Of a stretch of DNA of 64,000 nucleotides, positions 35,719 through 50,700 are shown in pieces (position 1 is the first letter of the stretch; each line of letters starts with the position of its first letter). The translations under genes were made by a program, and so were the position numbers. The DNA comes from a virus (taxonomy: Duplodnaviria > Caudoviricetes). The notes below the pieces were generated by a model that saw only the letters and a program-made list of their open reading frames with translations, did not search any database and was not told the DNA's origin. The DNA is taken from the IMG/VR virus record IMGVR_UViG_3300031867_000035, positions 1-64,000 of that record, one strand, 5' to 3'.

Positions 35719-38700
35719 ATGGAAAGAGATTATAAAAACAACAACATTTTTTATGAGAATACCGAAGATTTAAATATCGGTAAGACAAATCAGAAGCCTG
35801 CAGAAGTAGAGCAGTCTACTCCAAAGTTTTCTATCAAGCTTGACAAAGACGAGGAAGCTGCTAGACAACAAGGCTTTTTAAATTTTAATTCAGGTGTATC
35901 AATGATTGATACTTCTGAGTATTCACAATCAGATATTCGTTCAATGTTAGGTTCAAGAACTAAAGTTGATTTATCTGATACAAAAGAAGATACGGGTACA
36001 TATAATACTACTAAAGCTTTAGCAGAAGATTATGTTAGTCAAGACGAGGAATATATTACTTCTGGTAGACTGTGGAAAGATATATATGGTTCAACCGCCT
36101 ATGCAGAATTAAAACATAAATGTGGTTTAAGTAAAACTGATTCATATACAGATTATTATAATAAAACAAAATATATACCTAAGGGTTATGAGATAGAAGC
36201 TAAGCTGTTATTAGCTGAAGAAAAAAGAATGAATTATTATATGGAATATAAGAAAGGTAATATATCAAAATCAGATTTCTTATATCAAGCTTATGGTAAA
36301 GATTTAATGAAAGAGGATGGCGTTGATTTATCTTCTCCATTATATTGGTACAATAAAGCAAAGAAGAATGATTTTACTAACCCACTTGATAGTGATACAT
36401 TCTTATCACAATTAATTACAGATTCAGAAAAATTATGGCACGCAGAAACTTGGTATCAATCTGCTGCTACAAGAAATATAGGTTCAACTTTAGCAGGATT
36501 ATCTACTGGTTCAGAATTATCAGAAGAAAGTTTCCAAAATGTTTTTAAACAGCAAGTTGAGGCATTAAAACCATATTTCGATAATGATGTTAAAAAGATT
36601 ATGACATACTATCAAGCTGGTTTCTTAGGCTCAGCATTCTCACCAATGATAGACATTGACGGAGATGGTAAGTATGACTATTACTATCATAGTGATGGTA
36701 AACTATATGCAGTAGATGGTTCATCAGGAACTGGTTCATCTACCTGCTCTATTGTTTATAATGATGATGGTTCAGTACATTCAGTACAAGTACACGAAGC
36801 TGTTGATGGTTGGTTAGATTCTTTATGGGATGGATTCACAGGATTCTTTATCGGCTTTGCAGATTTATTTGCATTAATCCCAGGACTAATTAATACAGAT
36901 GCTATGGCTAATTATGAAGCTTGGAAGAAAAGAACAATAGCAGATGAAGATAGAGTAGTCTTTGATTCTATGGATAAATGGAACGGAGATGACTGGGGTA
37001 ACGCTGTAGCTGAAGGTGTAGGTACAATCGCAGGTATGGTTCTATTATTAGTACTTACTTATGGTATAGGTAACGCAATATCAGCAAGTGGTGAAGCTGC
37101 AAAAGCTGGTATGGACGCAGGTCTACAAGGAGCAGTTAAAATAACTTCCCAAGAAACAGCTACTACCTTTGCAGAAAATATTGCTAAAGAAGCTGCTGAT
37201 AAATTCACAAGTAAAGCTTTACAAAGAGCTTTTATGGATAACGCTTTAAAAGCTGCAACAAAAGAAATCAGTAAGAATGTTGCCCTAGATGCTGCTATTA
37301 AAACAGCTTTAAAAGAAGGTGCTAAAAAATTTGGTGCTAGTGCTGCGAGAGCTACTGCATTAAATATAGGACGTAATGTCGCTGCTGCAGTTGTAGGCAA
37401 AGGTGGCTTCACTACCACAATCTCTCAAGCTAAGGGTGGTACATTATTAAATACTACATTAGCTAAAGTAGCTCAAAGAAGTTCAAGTACAGGTTTAAAA
37501 AAGATTGCAGCTAACGCTTGGGTACGTAGTAGTTTAACTGCAACTGAATTAGCAGTAAGAGATTATATTACTGTAACAACACAATTAAAAGCCAAGAACA
37601 AAGCTCTACAATATTTAGAGTATGCTACTAAAGGGGAAGTAAAAGCTTTAAGTGATGGTGAGATAGCTGGCAGAGCTTGGCTTGTTGCAGGAACAGATTT
37701 AGTTATTTCAACTATGTTCCGTGCTGTAGGTTCGCAAGGTGCTACATCTAGATTCGTTAAAGACTCTGATACTTTATTAAAAAACATAAATGCTAACACT
37801 GCAGATGTCATCAATAGGTATGCTCAGCATTTAAAAACATATTGTAGAATAGATGCTGCTTTTGATATTTTTGAAAACATCACTACTTCCGCTGTTCAAG
37901 CTGCAGCAAGTAATCCTTATGCTAAATTAGGCTCAGAAGAATCTTGGGCTACAGCTATGCAATCAATAGTTAACCCTGCTTTCATAGCAAGTAACTTATA
38001 TGCTACATATAACAACTTAGTATCTTGGGGTGGAAGAAATGGTGCTCCAGTAAGTACTTCTATTTATGATGATAGAGTGGAAGCTATTGCAAGACAGATT
38101 AATATTAGTGCCAATTCTTTGGGAGACCAATTAGATACATTAAGTGAAGCTTTAGTAGCTAAGAATTCAAATGTTTCTAATGTTATTGAAATACAAGAAT
38201 CCTTAGATAGAGTTAAGCAAAAAACAATGGAAACATTAAACAATTCTTCTAACTCTAGAATTGATAACTTACTTCAAGCTGCACAAGACTTGGATACTTT
38301 ATTTACAGAAGATGTAGTTGCTGCTAACAAGAAAGAAATTCTTGATAGTTTTAATATAACCCTTTCAGAATATAATCAAATAAAGGCCTTAATTAAAACT
38401 TATAATGATAACAATCCAGATAAGCCTATTGGTTTAATTACTGGTAAAGTCTTCTACTCTGCTCAAAAAGAAAATGATGCTAATGTAGCTAAAGCATATA
38501 AGGCTGCTTTAGACTTAATGACCAAGAGAAGCACTGAGCTTAAAGCTAAAGAAGAGCAGGTAGCTAAAATCTTCCTTAAAGGTGCTAGATTTGTTATGAC
38601 TAAAGCAAATGAAGTATCTTTAAAATATGTAAACCAATTAATTGCCGAAACAACTTTCAAAACTTCTGGTGTTCATCTAGAAGAAAGATATCAAAAAATA

Positions 38701-41700
38701 GTAAATACTTTTATAGCTAAAAGATTTGAAATGCTAACTGATATAACTACAGAAGGTAATGAAGAATTAAGAAACAAAGAGTTAGCAGAATTAGAGACAT
38801 ATTTAAATTCTGAATACTTTAAGTTCCATTCTTTATCTACTTCATCAGCTACAGCAGATGTTTCTTATACAATGGTTCCAGTTTATGATGATAAAGACAA
38901 TACTAAAATTAAAACATATAAATTGGATAGCACAGCTACAGGAGATAATATTCTTATTAAGTTATTAAGTAACTACGATAAGAACAAGGCTGTTATTGAA
39001 GCTCTATGCAATAGATATCATCTTATTGATGTAGTTAAAAATAACGATGGTACTTTAACTATTAATACAGCTAATATGGCTCCTTGGTATGCTCTTGAAT
39101 TAGATAATTCAAAGAACAATCAATTATTAGCAGATATTTCTAATAATAAATATTTAAAAACATTTATGGACGTTATAGACTCAGTTGCATATATGTTTGA
39201 AAATTCAGACTTAAATGAATTAAATGTTGTTGATTATGATGAACCTTTAATTCTAAAGTTAAGAGTAGCTACAGGTAACACTAATGGTTCTAATGAACAA
39301 GAATATATCAATATTTATTTGATACCAAGTAAGATAAGTGGCAACATCGATACAGGTACAAGTTATGGTGATGTTGCTAATAGACTTATGGCACTTCAAG
39401 GTATCTTATACTCAACATACGGTTTATTCAAACAAGCAGCTGATGGTGTAGTAAATAATGAATCAGCTGTAAAATATCTAGCACAATTAGGTGCATTACT
39501 TACAGAAGAAAAAGCAATGGACCCATTCTATGATTTCTTAAAACTATTTAACTCAGATAACGAAGAGGAGAGAAGATTAGCTATAGAAGAGAATCTACCT
39601 AAAGCTGTTATGGCTATATTAAGTAGATGTAAATTTAATATGGTTGATGGTAAAGAGCCTTCTGATTCTGTATTAACTAGAAAGCAATTATTAACATTTG
39701 TTAAAGCTGGTGTCTTTGGAGAAAAAGGTGAGTATGCCTTATTAAATAAAATTATTACAGAGAATTCTTCTGGTAAAAATGGTAATGCTTCAGCTAATAA
39801 TATTGCTAAGATTGCTCAAGAAATTTTAGACTATGTTAATACTATAGACAAGATTGAGGGTACTCTAAAAATCTTAAACGACTATGCAGAAAATACTAAA
39901 ACTGATTTATCAGCTAATGAAATATCTAAGCTTAAAGATTGTGTTAACACATTAAAAAATAATCAAGACTTAACCGATTCTTTAGATGCAGATGGTATGT
40001 TACCTGACACAATCAAAAGATTATTAAAAGAGAGTACACTTGAAAATTTTTGGCAAGGGTCCCAAAAAAGAGACAGTCATTTGGAAGCCCTATCAAAAAA
40101 CTTATTAAGACTGTCAGACAAAAACATCCAAAATCAGGAAGAGCTAAAGACGCTTCTTAAAAAATTCTTAGATGAAGATTTGATGAGTATTCAAATTGTT
40201 AAAGATAATCCTTTTGAGTTATCAAAACAATTCTTAATTAGATATTTCAACTCTTTTGATAGCTATAAAAACTCTTTTGATAGCTTTAAAAAAGTATCAT
40301 ACTTCTTAGAAGCATTAAATACTTCTGATTTTAAAGACTTCTTAAAAAATCCTACAGATTTTATTAATGATTATAATGCCAAAAATTCCGCACCTGGATA
40401 TAATATTAAAAATTTCGCTCCTGACTTAAAGTTAGAAGACTTTGGTCATTTATTTATTACTAACGCAAAAGGTGTTAGAAAGACAGATTATAATTTCTTG
40501 TTAGGCTTAACATTAATAAATAAATTCAGAAATGATTTAAGTAAGAATGATTTCGTGGAAGCTTCTTTCTATGATACTGAAACTTACTTAGATTCTTTAT
40601 ACAATAACGTGATTAAAGACCCTAACTCTGTTGAGTTCCAATATATCAGTAGACTATACAAAATAGCTACCGACAAAGATTTAAATATTCATATGCTTAG
40701 CATATCAGACCCAACAGCTAAAAATTACAAGAGACCTTTCAGTACTTTAATGGTACATAATGCTGATGGCACAACAGAGAGTATTGGGGATTTAATTTAT
40801 AAAAGTAATAAAGCTGCATCTGTTCTTGTAGAATCTATAGTAGATGATGCTATAGAAAGTAAGATGGAACTATTACAAGATGGTATAGACTATTACTGGA
40901 GGGATACTACAGTTACCCCAAAACAAAATGTTATTGAGATAGATATGCTAAACTTCTTACCAGCTAATTTAAGAATAGCTTTAAAGTCTTTCTTAAATAG
41001 TAGTGACCTAGCTACAAAGATGGGTGCAGAAGCAAAAATTAAATCTGAAGAACTTGCTAAAGAATTTAAAAATTTATTAGCAGGACATTCTTCAAATGCT
41101 ACTTATTCACAATATAAAGCTTATAAAGTTTTACTTTCTGATTGTTTAGCTTCTGGTAATTTCATATTAAGATATAACGTAGATAACGCTGCATCTATGA
41201 ATAGTTTAAAAGTTTTCTTAACTTCTTGTGGTTATGATAACTTTGATGTTGATGCTGCAAGAAACGGCATATCTGAAATAGAAGGATTAAATTTCAAAAC
41301 AGTAGATACTCATAACATTAATTCAACTTTAGCAGCAGAAAAATTCTATCGTGCTGCAAGATTATATAAAACAAAGTATGGTATTGCAAAGCCAATATTA
41401 GGTGAGAAGATTAAAAAGAACTACACCAATGTTCTATTCAATTTATTCTCGGGAATAACAAAATTTAATGATGATACTAATATACAGCTTCTTGATGAAG
41501 ATGGTAAAGCAATTCCTTATTACAGTATTATTTATAAAAAAACTGACCCTAACAAAGCATACACTTTCGTAAATGCTTTTGGTAATACTGAACAAGCACG
41601 TTCTGAAAAAGGTACATTAAGTGGTGGTGCACAGACATTACAATATATAAATAAGTATAGAGGATTAGGTATAGATGTTAAAGATGATAACTTATCTTTA

Positions 41701-44700
41701 GATTCAAAATCTTTTAAATCATTTACAATAGTTAGATTAGCAGAAAAGACTGCTGAATACTTAAACAACTTAACAGGTAAACAAGCTCAAACTATTCAAG
41801 TAACAATACCTAAAGCTGAGCAAGACACATTCAAAGAGATGTATGAGGATGGTAAAGGTTTCTTTAAAATAATGGGTGAACCTGAAGGAGATACATTTAG
41901 ACTAGAGCCTACTTATAAATCTGCAGAAGAGTTCTTGGCTTATGTTAATGAAGAAGGCTTTGATATAAGACAAGTCTTACCTGTTGTTTGGAATAATGAT
42001 AAATCAATTAAGAATACAGAGTTTAGAGCTTATGAATATATAAGTAATGAAACTTTGTTTTCCGAGTTAGCTAATTTAAAGATTGAAGGATTAAAAACTA
42101 TTGATGATTTTATTAACTTCCAACCTATCCCTAAAGATGAAATATATAGTTTTGATTCTAAAGAATATTCAGATTTCTGTTTAGCACACTCTAATAAGAA
42201 TGTAGGAAATATTCTACAAGATTTGGGTGATATAAAAAATAATTATTATTTAGCTTGTCTAAAATATGAATTAGGACTTTCAAAAGCTTATTCAGATTAT
42301 GCTATTAGTTATCTAGGCCAAGATGCAGACTTAATTGATTTAGCTAATCCTAGAATTTATAAGATACTAGGTTCATTATTAAATGATGGTTCAAGTTTAG
42401 ATGAATACAAATTCAGCTACTTATTAAATAAGAACTATACTATAACAGAAGATGATGTTAATAAATTACTTAAAGCTTTAAACGAAGGTATAACTAATTC
42501 AGAAAATATCTTTCCAGAGCAAGCTACTGATACAGATAATGTAGATACAAAAAATAATTTCACTTCACTTGACGTTGAAAAACTTAACTCATCTAACAAC
42601 GTATCATTAGATATTAAAAAGGAAACTATAGCTAAATTATTAGATGTACTAAGAAACTCTGAAGATTATTTAATTACTAGATTATCAGAACCCATTGATT
42701 TAGTTCAACCAGATAATTTAATTTCTTGCTTAGCATTATTCTGCGAAAATTCTGGAGGTTCATTGTCTATTCCTATGGAATACTTAATGCGTTCATCAAA
42801 GAAGCAACGAGAAGCATTCTTTACATTCTTAAATGCTATTATCGCAAATCCAACAGAATATAATTTTAGTGATGATGATATTAAAAAGTTAAACGATTTA
42901 ATAACATTATTAAATACTAAAATAGATTTAATGACTAAAATAAATCCTACTAAAGATGTAGATGTTAAACCTGCAAGAGTTATATTTGAAAAAAATGCTG
43001 TAAGTGCTCCAAGAGTAGGTGTAGAACCAAAAGCTGGTTTCTTAAGTAATGGTACTGGTAAACTATCGAATGCACAATTACAAAGAATAACAGATTATAT
43101 AGTGGCAGCAGAAAATAATAAAGTTGACGTTGCACCATTCATTAAGTTATCTAGTATTAATCCAAATGATAGTGTTGTAGAAACTCCTTTCAAACACAGC
43201 TTAATCAAATTATTAAATGCAACAGTATGTAAAAATTCCGATAAACCAGGTTCAACTATGGTTTATAATATGGATAGTGATGAAGCTATAGTTAATGCAT
43301 TAGTAAGTGTTCTTGCTTTTACAGAAAACACTAAACTATTATTGCAAGATTTAGGTGTGCCTGAGATTCAAAAAATTCCTTTAGATATATTAATGGAGTT
43401 AGGTTTAAAAGCAAATCTATTAACTACTGGTGCTGACTACCAAGCAGAGTTCGCATCATCCCTTATTCTAAAATGGAATAAAGAAACTAACGAATACTCA
43501 ATAGTTCCTTTAAGAACTTCATCATCAGATACAGAACAAAGTTTATATAGATATTTCTTAGGCTTAAAGACTGGTGATTCTGATGTTAATGATATAACTT
43601 TAAAAACAATAAACGAAGATATAGCTAATAATCCTACCCATTATTTCTTATTATCTTCTTCAAAAAATGCTTTCTTAGAAAGTCCTGATGGTTATAACGA
43701 AACAACAAGACTTCTATATTTAAATGATATCAATGTTCAAAAGAGCTTAAGAGAAAATATGGTTAAAAAAGCAATTATAGCTAGAGATGGATTTGTACTT
43801 AATGTTCCTGGTGAAAATGATTTAATGAATTTATTAGATTCATATTATAATGTTCACGCAGTAACAACTTATGATGTATGGAGAAATGTTGTTGATTCTC
43901 TACGTACATTAGGCGTATCAGATTCTGTTGCAGACTTATTGTATCCTACAGTAGAGAGTTTATATGTAGGCAACCCATCTTCTTTAAACGACCAATGGAT
44001 ACAAGATACTCTAGCAGAATTCATTGACAGCTATAAAGGTAAAGTTCCTTCAGTACAATTCAAAATTTTCTCAGATGCAATAGCTTGGGGAATAACTAAT
44101 AGGGTATTAAAAGCTCAAGATATAGCAGCTTTAAAGAATAATGAAATTGAAATAGAGGCTGCTTATAGAGAAACTCAATTAAAAAAAGGCATAACTCAAA
44201 AAGAAATATCTAATAATACAGAACGTGTAGAAGCTATAATAGATTCTATCAAATCTAATGATACAGATATAATAGATTATGCAAAGCAAAATATTAAATC
44301 ATTAGATAAGGATACTCAAGTATATCTAATTCAAAAATTATTATTAGATAGAAAAGATGGTTTTGATTTATATGCTATTCTTAATATGAGCTCAAAAAAT
44401 AAAACGTTATTTGATATTTCAGAAAGTATAAGACCTACTATTAATAACGAATTATCAAATGACTGGGTTCATTCTCCTAAGAATAAAAGTAAAAACATTA
44501 CTGCCACAAATGTAGTATCAGATACAAATCACGTTGTTTATGATGCTGAATGGTTTATACCAGAAAAAGATAAGAAAAATAGTTTTACAGATGTATATCA
44601 AATAGGCTTATGCTTACGTAAAGCTGTTAATGATAAAGATAAAGCTAGAATTATTGATAGCGATACATTAAATAATTTAGAGAAGCATAATATTTTAATT

Positions 44701-47700
44701 AAAAAGAATATTATGAACAACAAAAATAAATTATATGTTGAAGCTAAAGATTCTTATGATGCAAAGATAAAAGCTTGTACAAGTGGTAAAGATACTTATG
44801 TAGACTCAAAAACAAATGTTATTTACCATATAATCGATGGTGGTCCTAATTCTACATTAGAGGATGATGTTAGATTAGCTTATACTACATTTGCTAAAAT
44901 TATAAATGATAATGATGTATCTGTAATTATGTCTTACGGTGGTAAGAATGATAATAGAGAAGAAATAAGTGATAACAACTTAATAAGACACTGGTTAGGT
45001 GATGCTTTCTTTAATGATGTAGATGAGCTAGATATATTAAATGATGTAGCTTACAAAGTGTGGTCACGTACTACAGAAGATATGACTTCTTATTCAATGG
45101 ATTCAATGCGTAGAGAAGGTAAGATTAATTTAAATAACTCTCTTTTAGAACACGATGCAGTATCTGATAGTTTAGATGAATATGAGTTATTTGTTAAAAT
45201 AATTAATAACAAAATTAATATAGATAACTTATACTTAAAGCCTTTATCTGACATTGCAGAATTATTTGGTGAAGATGTAGATTACAGAAATTGGTCTGAT
45301 GATTTCAAGAATACTTTGAAAGCTGTTAAATTTAATGAGTTAAAAGATATAACAGATAACTTAAAAGATATTGTATCTAAAATAGATATAGATACTTCAG
45401 TTTTTACAAGAAGTAATGAAGCTATAAAATCTGTTATGGATGCTTATAAATTAACATTCGAACACGTATGGAGAAGAATGGAATTTAAAGATTTAGAGAA
45501 AGTTAGAAATAACTTCCTAGATATTTATGATTCAAGTTATAATTCAACTTACTTTGCTTCTATTAAGAATAAAAAACATAGAACAGAAGTTAGAAACATT
45601 CTTCTAGGCATTGTAAACGAAAGATATGATTTAAATGAAGGTTTCTCTGCTGTATTGGAAAGAGACCCTGTAACTAACAAATTTAGAACATCTGATATTA
45701 AAGGTGTAGAAAATTTAAAAACCGCTTTAAAGTATATGACTTCTATATTAGCCGAAGCCGCAAGACTATATAAAGAGGATACAAAAAATCCTTATAATCC
45801 AAAATATATTTCAAACAGAAATAAAACAAAGTCCTTCTATTCAGAAGATGCACAGACTATAGCAAGATATATTGCTGAAGCTAAAACAACTTTTGAAATT
45901 ACAGACTTAGATGCAAGACGTAGTAAAAGAAATGACTTTAAGCAAAATGAGAAAACTTTAACACAGGCTGTAATAGATTCAAAGTTTAATTTAGATAATA
46001 ATACATCTGAAGCCTTAAGAGATATATATTCAATGTTAAGAGATGAATCAACTGATTTGCTTTCATTGAAAGATTATAAGCATACAGTAACTAACCAAGA
46101 TTTTTATATCCAAATTGCTAGACCTTTGGCTAATGTATTAGGTATTAATGTTCAAGATTCTGACGCTACAGCATCAGATGAAGTTGTTTCAAAAACATTC
46201 TCCGATAAATTAAGAGCTGCCTTATTCAATGATTTACTAAGTGTATATGGTAGAACAAATGCAGGTAAGAGAACTCACGAGCAAATAATAAAAGATAATA
46301 CTTACAATGGAATAAGACATACCTTAATAGATAAAGCAGATACTTATAAAAAAGGAATGATTGAGGCATTTACTTCTAGTAAGGGTTTATTTACAGGTAA
46401 CTTAAGAACTAAAACTGCTTTATGGTCAATGGGTCACGAAAGATATAAGAAGACAATGACTGGTGAATATGGTACTTTATATATAGGCGAAAAGCTTCTT
46501 ACTTCTAAGAAAGCATTTAAAGATTTATTTGGTATGTATAAAGCCACATATAAAACAGATAGTAATGGTAAGCAAGTTGTTGACTATGATGATAACAATC
46601 AAAACACTTTCTATACTTTAGTATGGAGACAACCATTACAGCAAGAAACTCCTATTCAACTTATGAAAGTTAAAGTTGTTGATGGTGATACATTCTCTAT
46701 GACAACCACAACTGCCGATAACTTCTTTAATGGAGACTTCGATGGAGACCAATATTTCTTCTCTCATCCTTCTCAAATAACTAATACTAAAGAAGCTAAG
46801 AGATTATTTGAGCTTCAAAACAAACAGACAGAATTATTCTATAATCTATTTAAGAAGGATAATAAATTAACGCTTACTAATCAAATCTTATTAGAAGAAA
46901 AATATAGAAATTTAGCTAGAGATGTATTCTTAAGCAGTAACGTCCAAAGTGCTTTTAAGGCTATATTTGCTAACATTGAATTATCTAGAGATAGTACAGG
47001 TAAAGCAACTAAAGTTAAAGACCTTCCTATATTCTTAGGTGATGCCACATTAATAGATAAATTTAAACAGGAATATTATAAAGCCTTTGATACAATAGTT
47101 ACTTCAAAAGAATATAATCAACTTTCTATTGAAGATAGAGAAACATTAAGAGATTCATTCCTCGAAAACTTTGGTGTAAGAATAATTAAAACTTCAAAAG
47201 GTACAACAGTTCTTTCTGACAATCCATTCTATCGTGAGGATAGAGATACTACTATGAGATTAAAAGCAACTAGAAAATTCTATATGCTAGATAACCTTTC
47301 TAATAGTGGTATGGATGCTCCAGAAAATGGCCAGTTGGCAAAGAACTATAAATGGCAAAAAGGTTCTGTTGATATGAATGAGGCTTATAGATTATTCTAC
47401 AATTCAACATTCTCTTTAAAAGAAGATGACTTACATTTATTTAGTAACTTACTTGCTAAAGAAGGTAACTCATTAAGCTCTGTAAAGATAAACAAATATC
47501 TAGATTCTTTATCATCTTTAATAGGTAAAGATATGGTTGACTGGGCTAAAGAATATGTTGACAAAGAAATAATAACATACGTTGAAGAACAGCATAAGTT
47601 AGGGGTTAAAGATGCTCAAACTTATAACATAGTTGTAAGAAGATTATCTAATTTAAGTAATGCTATTCAGCAAAATATAATAACTTCAAAAGAATATAAT

Positions 47701-50700
47701 GATGTATTAAATGCTTTATTACCAAAAGTTTTAGCAGTAGGTAATGAAGAAGATTACCAAAAGTATAAAGCACTTCATTCCTTTATGTATAATGAAGGAT
47801 ACATATCTGATAAAGACCCTAGAGGATTCTCTTCAGAAGTTCTTCAAAAACCAGAAGGTGATAAGCTTAACAATGGTATAGATATTCTTGTTGAAGATAC
47901 TTATCTATTTAATAAACTATTTGATGATGAACAAAGAAAAGGATATATAAATACTATAAGTAATGACTCAGGAACTTTACAAGATTTATATCTTAACTTT
48001 ATATTCAGAGGTGATAATAAAAATGCAAACTTTGAGTATAGAGATGGTGCAGAAATTCTTACAAGAGATACTATCACTTCTTTAAAAGGTAAGAGCAATA
48101 AGCTTCTAGGTTTAGGTTCAGCTTATGTTGCTATTGATATATCTGAAGATGGTTCATTAACAGATACTATTGCTTTATTCAATAATGGTCAGAACTCTTT
48201 ATCATTTACTAAACCTGTAGAAATAAATTTCTCTGGATTAACTAAAAAGCAAAAAGATAATCTATTAAATCTAATTAAGAATACACGTGGAAATTCTATT
48301 ATCAAGAGTGAGGATATAAGTAGAGCACTTAATACAAACTTTGATAATAAGCCTTATCAAATAGCAGGCTTTGTAGATTCAGTGGGTAATTCTCTATTAA
48401 ATAATTTAAACAATTTATCTCCTTCAACTTTAAACCACGCTAAATTAATTCTTTTAAACAGAACGCCACTATACGCTATGCTAGAAACAAATGAAATTAA
48501 ACTAGGTATGGTAGGTTCAAAAGCTTTAAAAGGTACAGTAATGAATGGTTTAAATCTAGAAGGCAGAGGAGAGAATACTATATCAGTAAAAGAATCTAAA
48601 AAGAATAAAGATGTAGTTGCTACTGCTAAAGACAGAACTAAAGCTATTAGACCAGACTTAGCTATCAGTGCCAGCTTATTCAAAGATATTAATAGTGATT
48701 ATAATCTAGATTACGAAGAAGTACTTACAACTACTGATGGTAGATATAGAATAATAAAAGTAAACGACTTAGCAATTCTTAATGCTTTAAATTTAGATGC
48801 GCAAGATAGAGCAAGCGAACGTTACATAGATACAATCGGTATAGTTCAAGGTGCCCACGGTACAGGTTCTCTATTCAGTTATGGTAATATGTTCTTAAGA
48901 TTCGATGCTGATAATAACAAATGGGAATTCGACCCTCAAGGCTATAATGAATTAAAAGATAGATTACATTATCATAATTTAGAATCCTCTTATATGGATG
49001 GTAATGGTGCAAGAAATGTAAGACTACTAAGAATAGCTTACTTACTAGATGCTTTATCAGAAGATAAGAGACAAAGAGTATGTATGGAGATTCTTGGTAA
49101 TACATCAGTTCCTACAATAGAGGCCGCCTTAGAATGTATTTATTCTGCAGGTGATTTAGGTGGAGATTTTGGTGAAGACCTTGAAGCTCATATCTGTGAC
49201 CAATTATCAAAAGAAGAGTTTGAAAAACTAGCTCTTAGACTTAATTCAACTTCTAAGAAAAATTTATTAGGTAGAGTTGCATTTAGTGAAGAAATGAATG
49301 ACCAATTAGTCAATAGGTATGCTACATTCTTTAATGAGGATGTTAATAATCCTATAATTAAAAAGCATCAAAAACCTTCAGACAATGTGAGAGTATCTAA
49401 TGTTAGAAACTATTCTGATAATGCTGATTACTTAGCTAGACACGAAGGTAGTACTCACGATACTAATACTTCTTATGTTTCAAAAATTTCTTTATTAAGA
49501 ACTATTCTTGAAGAAAACGGAGGCTTCTTAAATCTTGCAACATTAAAATCTGCAGCTGATGAAGATATAATAAATATAGCAGATGGCTCACTAGGTACTT
49601 TATATAATGGCTATAAGTTTACTGATGCTAGAGAGAGCTTAGCCTTAGACCCTTATGATGAAGAAAAACAATCATCTAAAAAGGCAGGTAACAAAGAGCC
49701 TTCTTCTCAATATAATGAGGTAAGAGATAATCAAAGATTAATACCTTTATTATCTAAAAGTGTTTTAAGTGATAGTTATAAAGATTCATTAACTAATGCT
49801 AACGCAGATATATTATTAAATAACAATTTATATCAAGATGCAGCTGCTTATAATCAAGCTAGATTTATGCTACCTTTCTTCTCAGAAGGAACTGATTCAC
49901 AGATATATGATGCTACAAACCTATTCTCTAATAGATTCGTTGACTCATTACATCAAAAATATCCTACAATGAATGAAGAAGGTCAGCTAAGAATAGGTAC
50001 TAAAACATTCAAACCAGAAGTAAATAAGGAAACTAATATGCTTAGCCATTTAACAATGGAAGAAGAGGAACAGAGAATCATTCAAAACTCTAAATCTCCT
50101 AAGCAAGTTAAGTTACTATTAGAAAAGCATAAAGAGATTACTGACCAGCTAACTAAAGAAGATTATGAAACTTTAGGTTTAACAGACCAATTAGCAGTGG
50201 CAGACTTAATTTCTAAAACAGGTAATTCTAAAATAATGTCTTTCTTAAATGAGCTTTGTAAAGAGTATGACATTAAGACAGAGTATGAAAACTATAATAC
50301 TACTCCTGTCCAAGGCGACCCATTCTCCTTACTAAGAGCTATAAGAAGAGATAATAATGATGTACTACACGTTGCTGAATTCTATTCAGATGATAATGGT
50401 GTTAAGCTAGTAAACTCTTGGCTTAGAAGCTGGGGTTTCAAATCTTCAGATAATAGAGATATATCTTTAGGTAATCAAACAATCAATGCCAGAAATAAAT
50501 TCGCTGATGTAAAAGACCAATTACTTGGTGATGATTATGCCTTATTAATGTATAATGCTAAGCACAACAAAGCTTCCTATATGTTATTAAATCAGTATAT
50601 GAATGCTGAAGAATTAATTGAAGCTTATGATGAATTAACTTATAGACAAGATGTCTGGGTAAAGACTTTAGGTAGAGACAAATATACCGAGTATTTAAAT

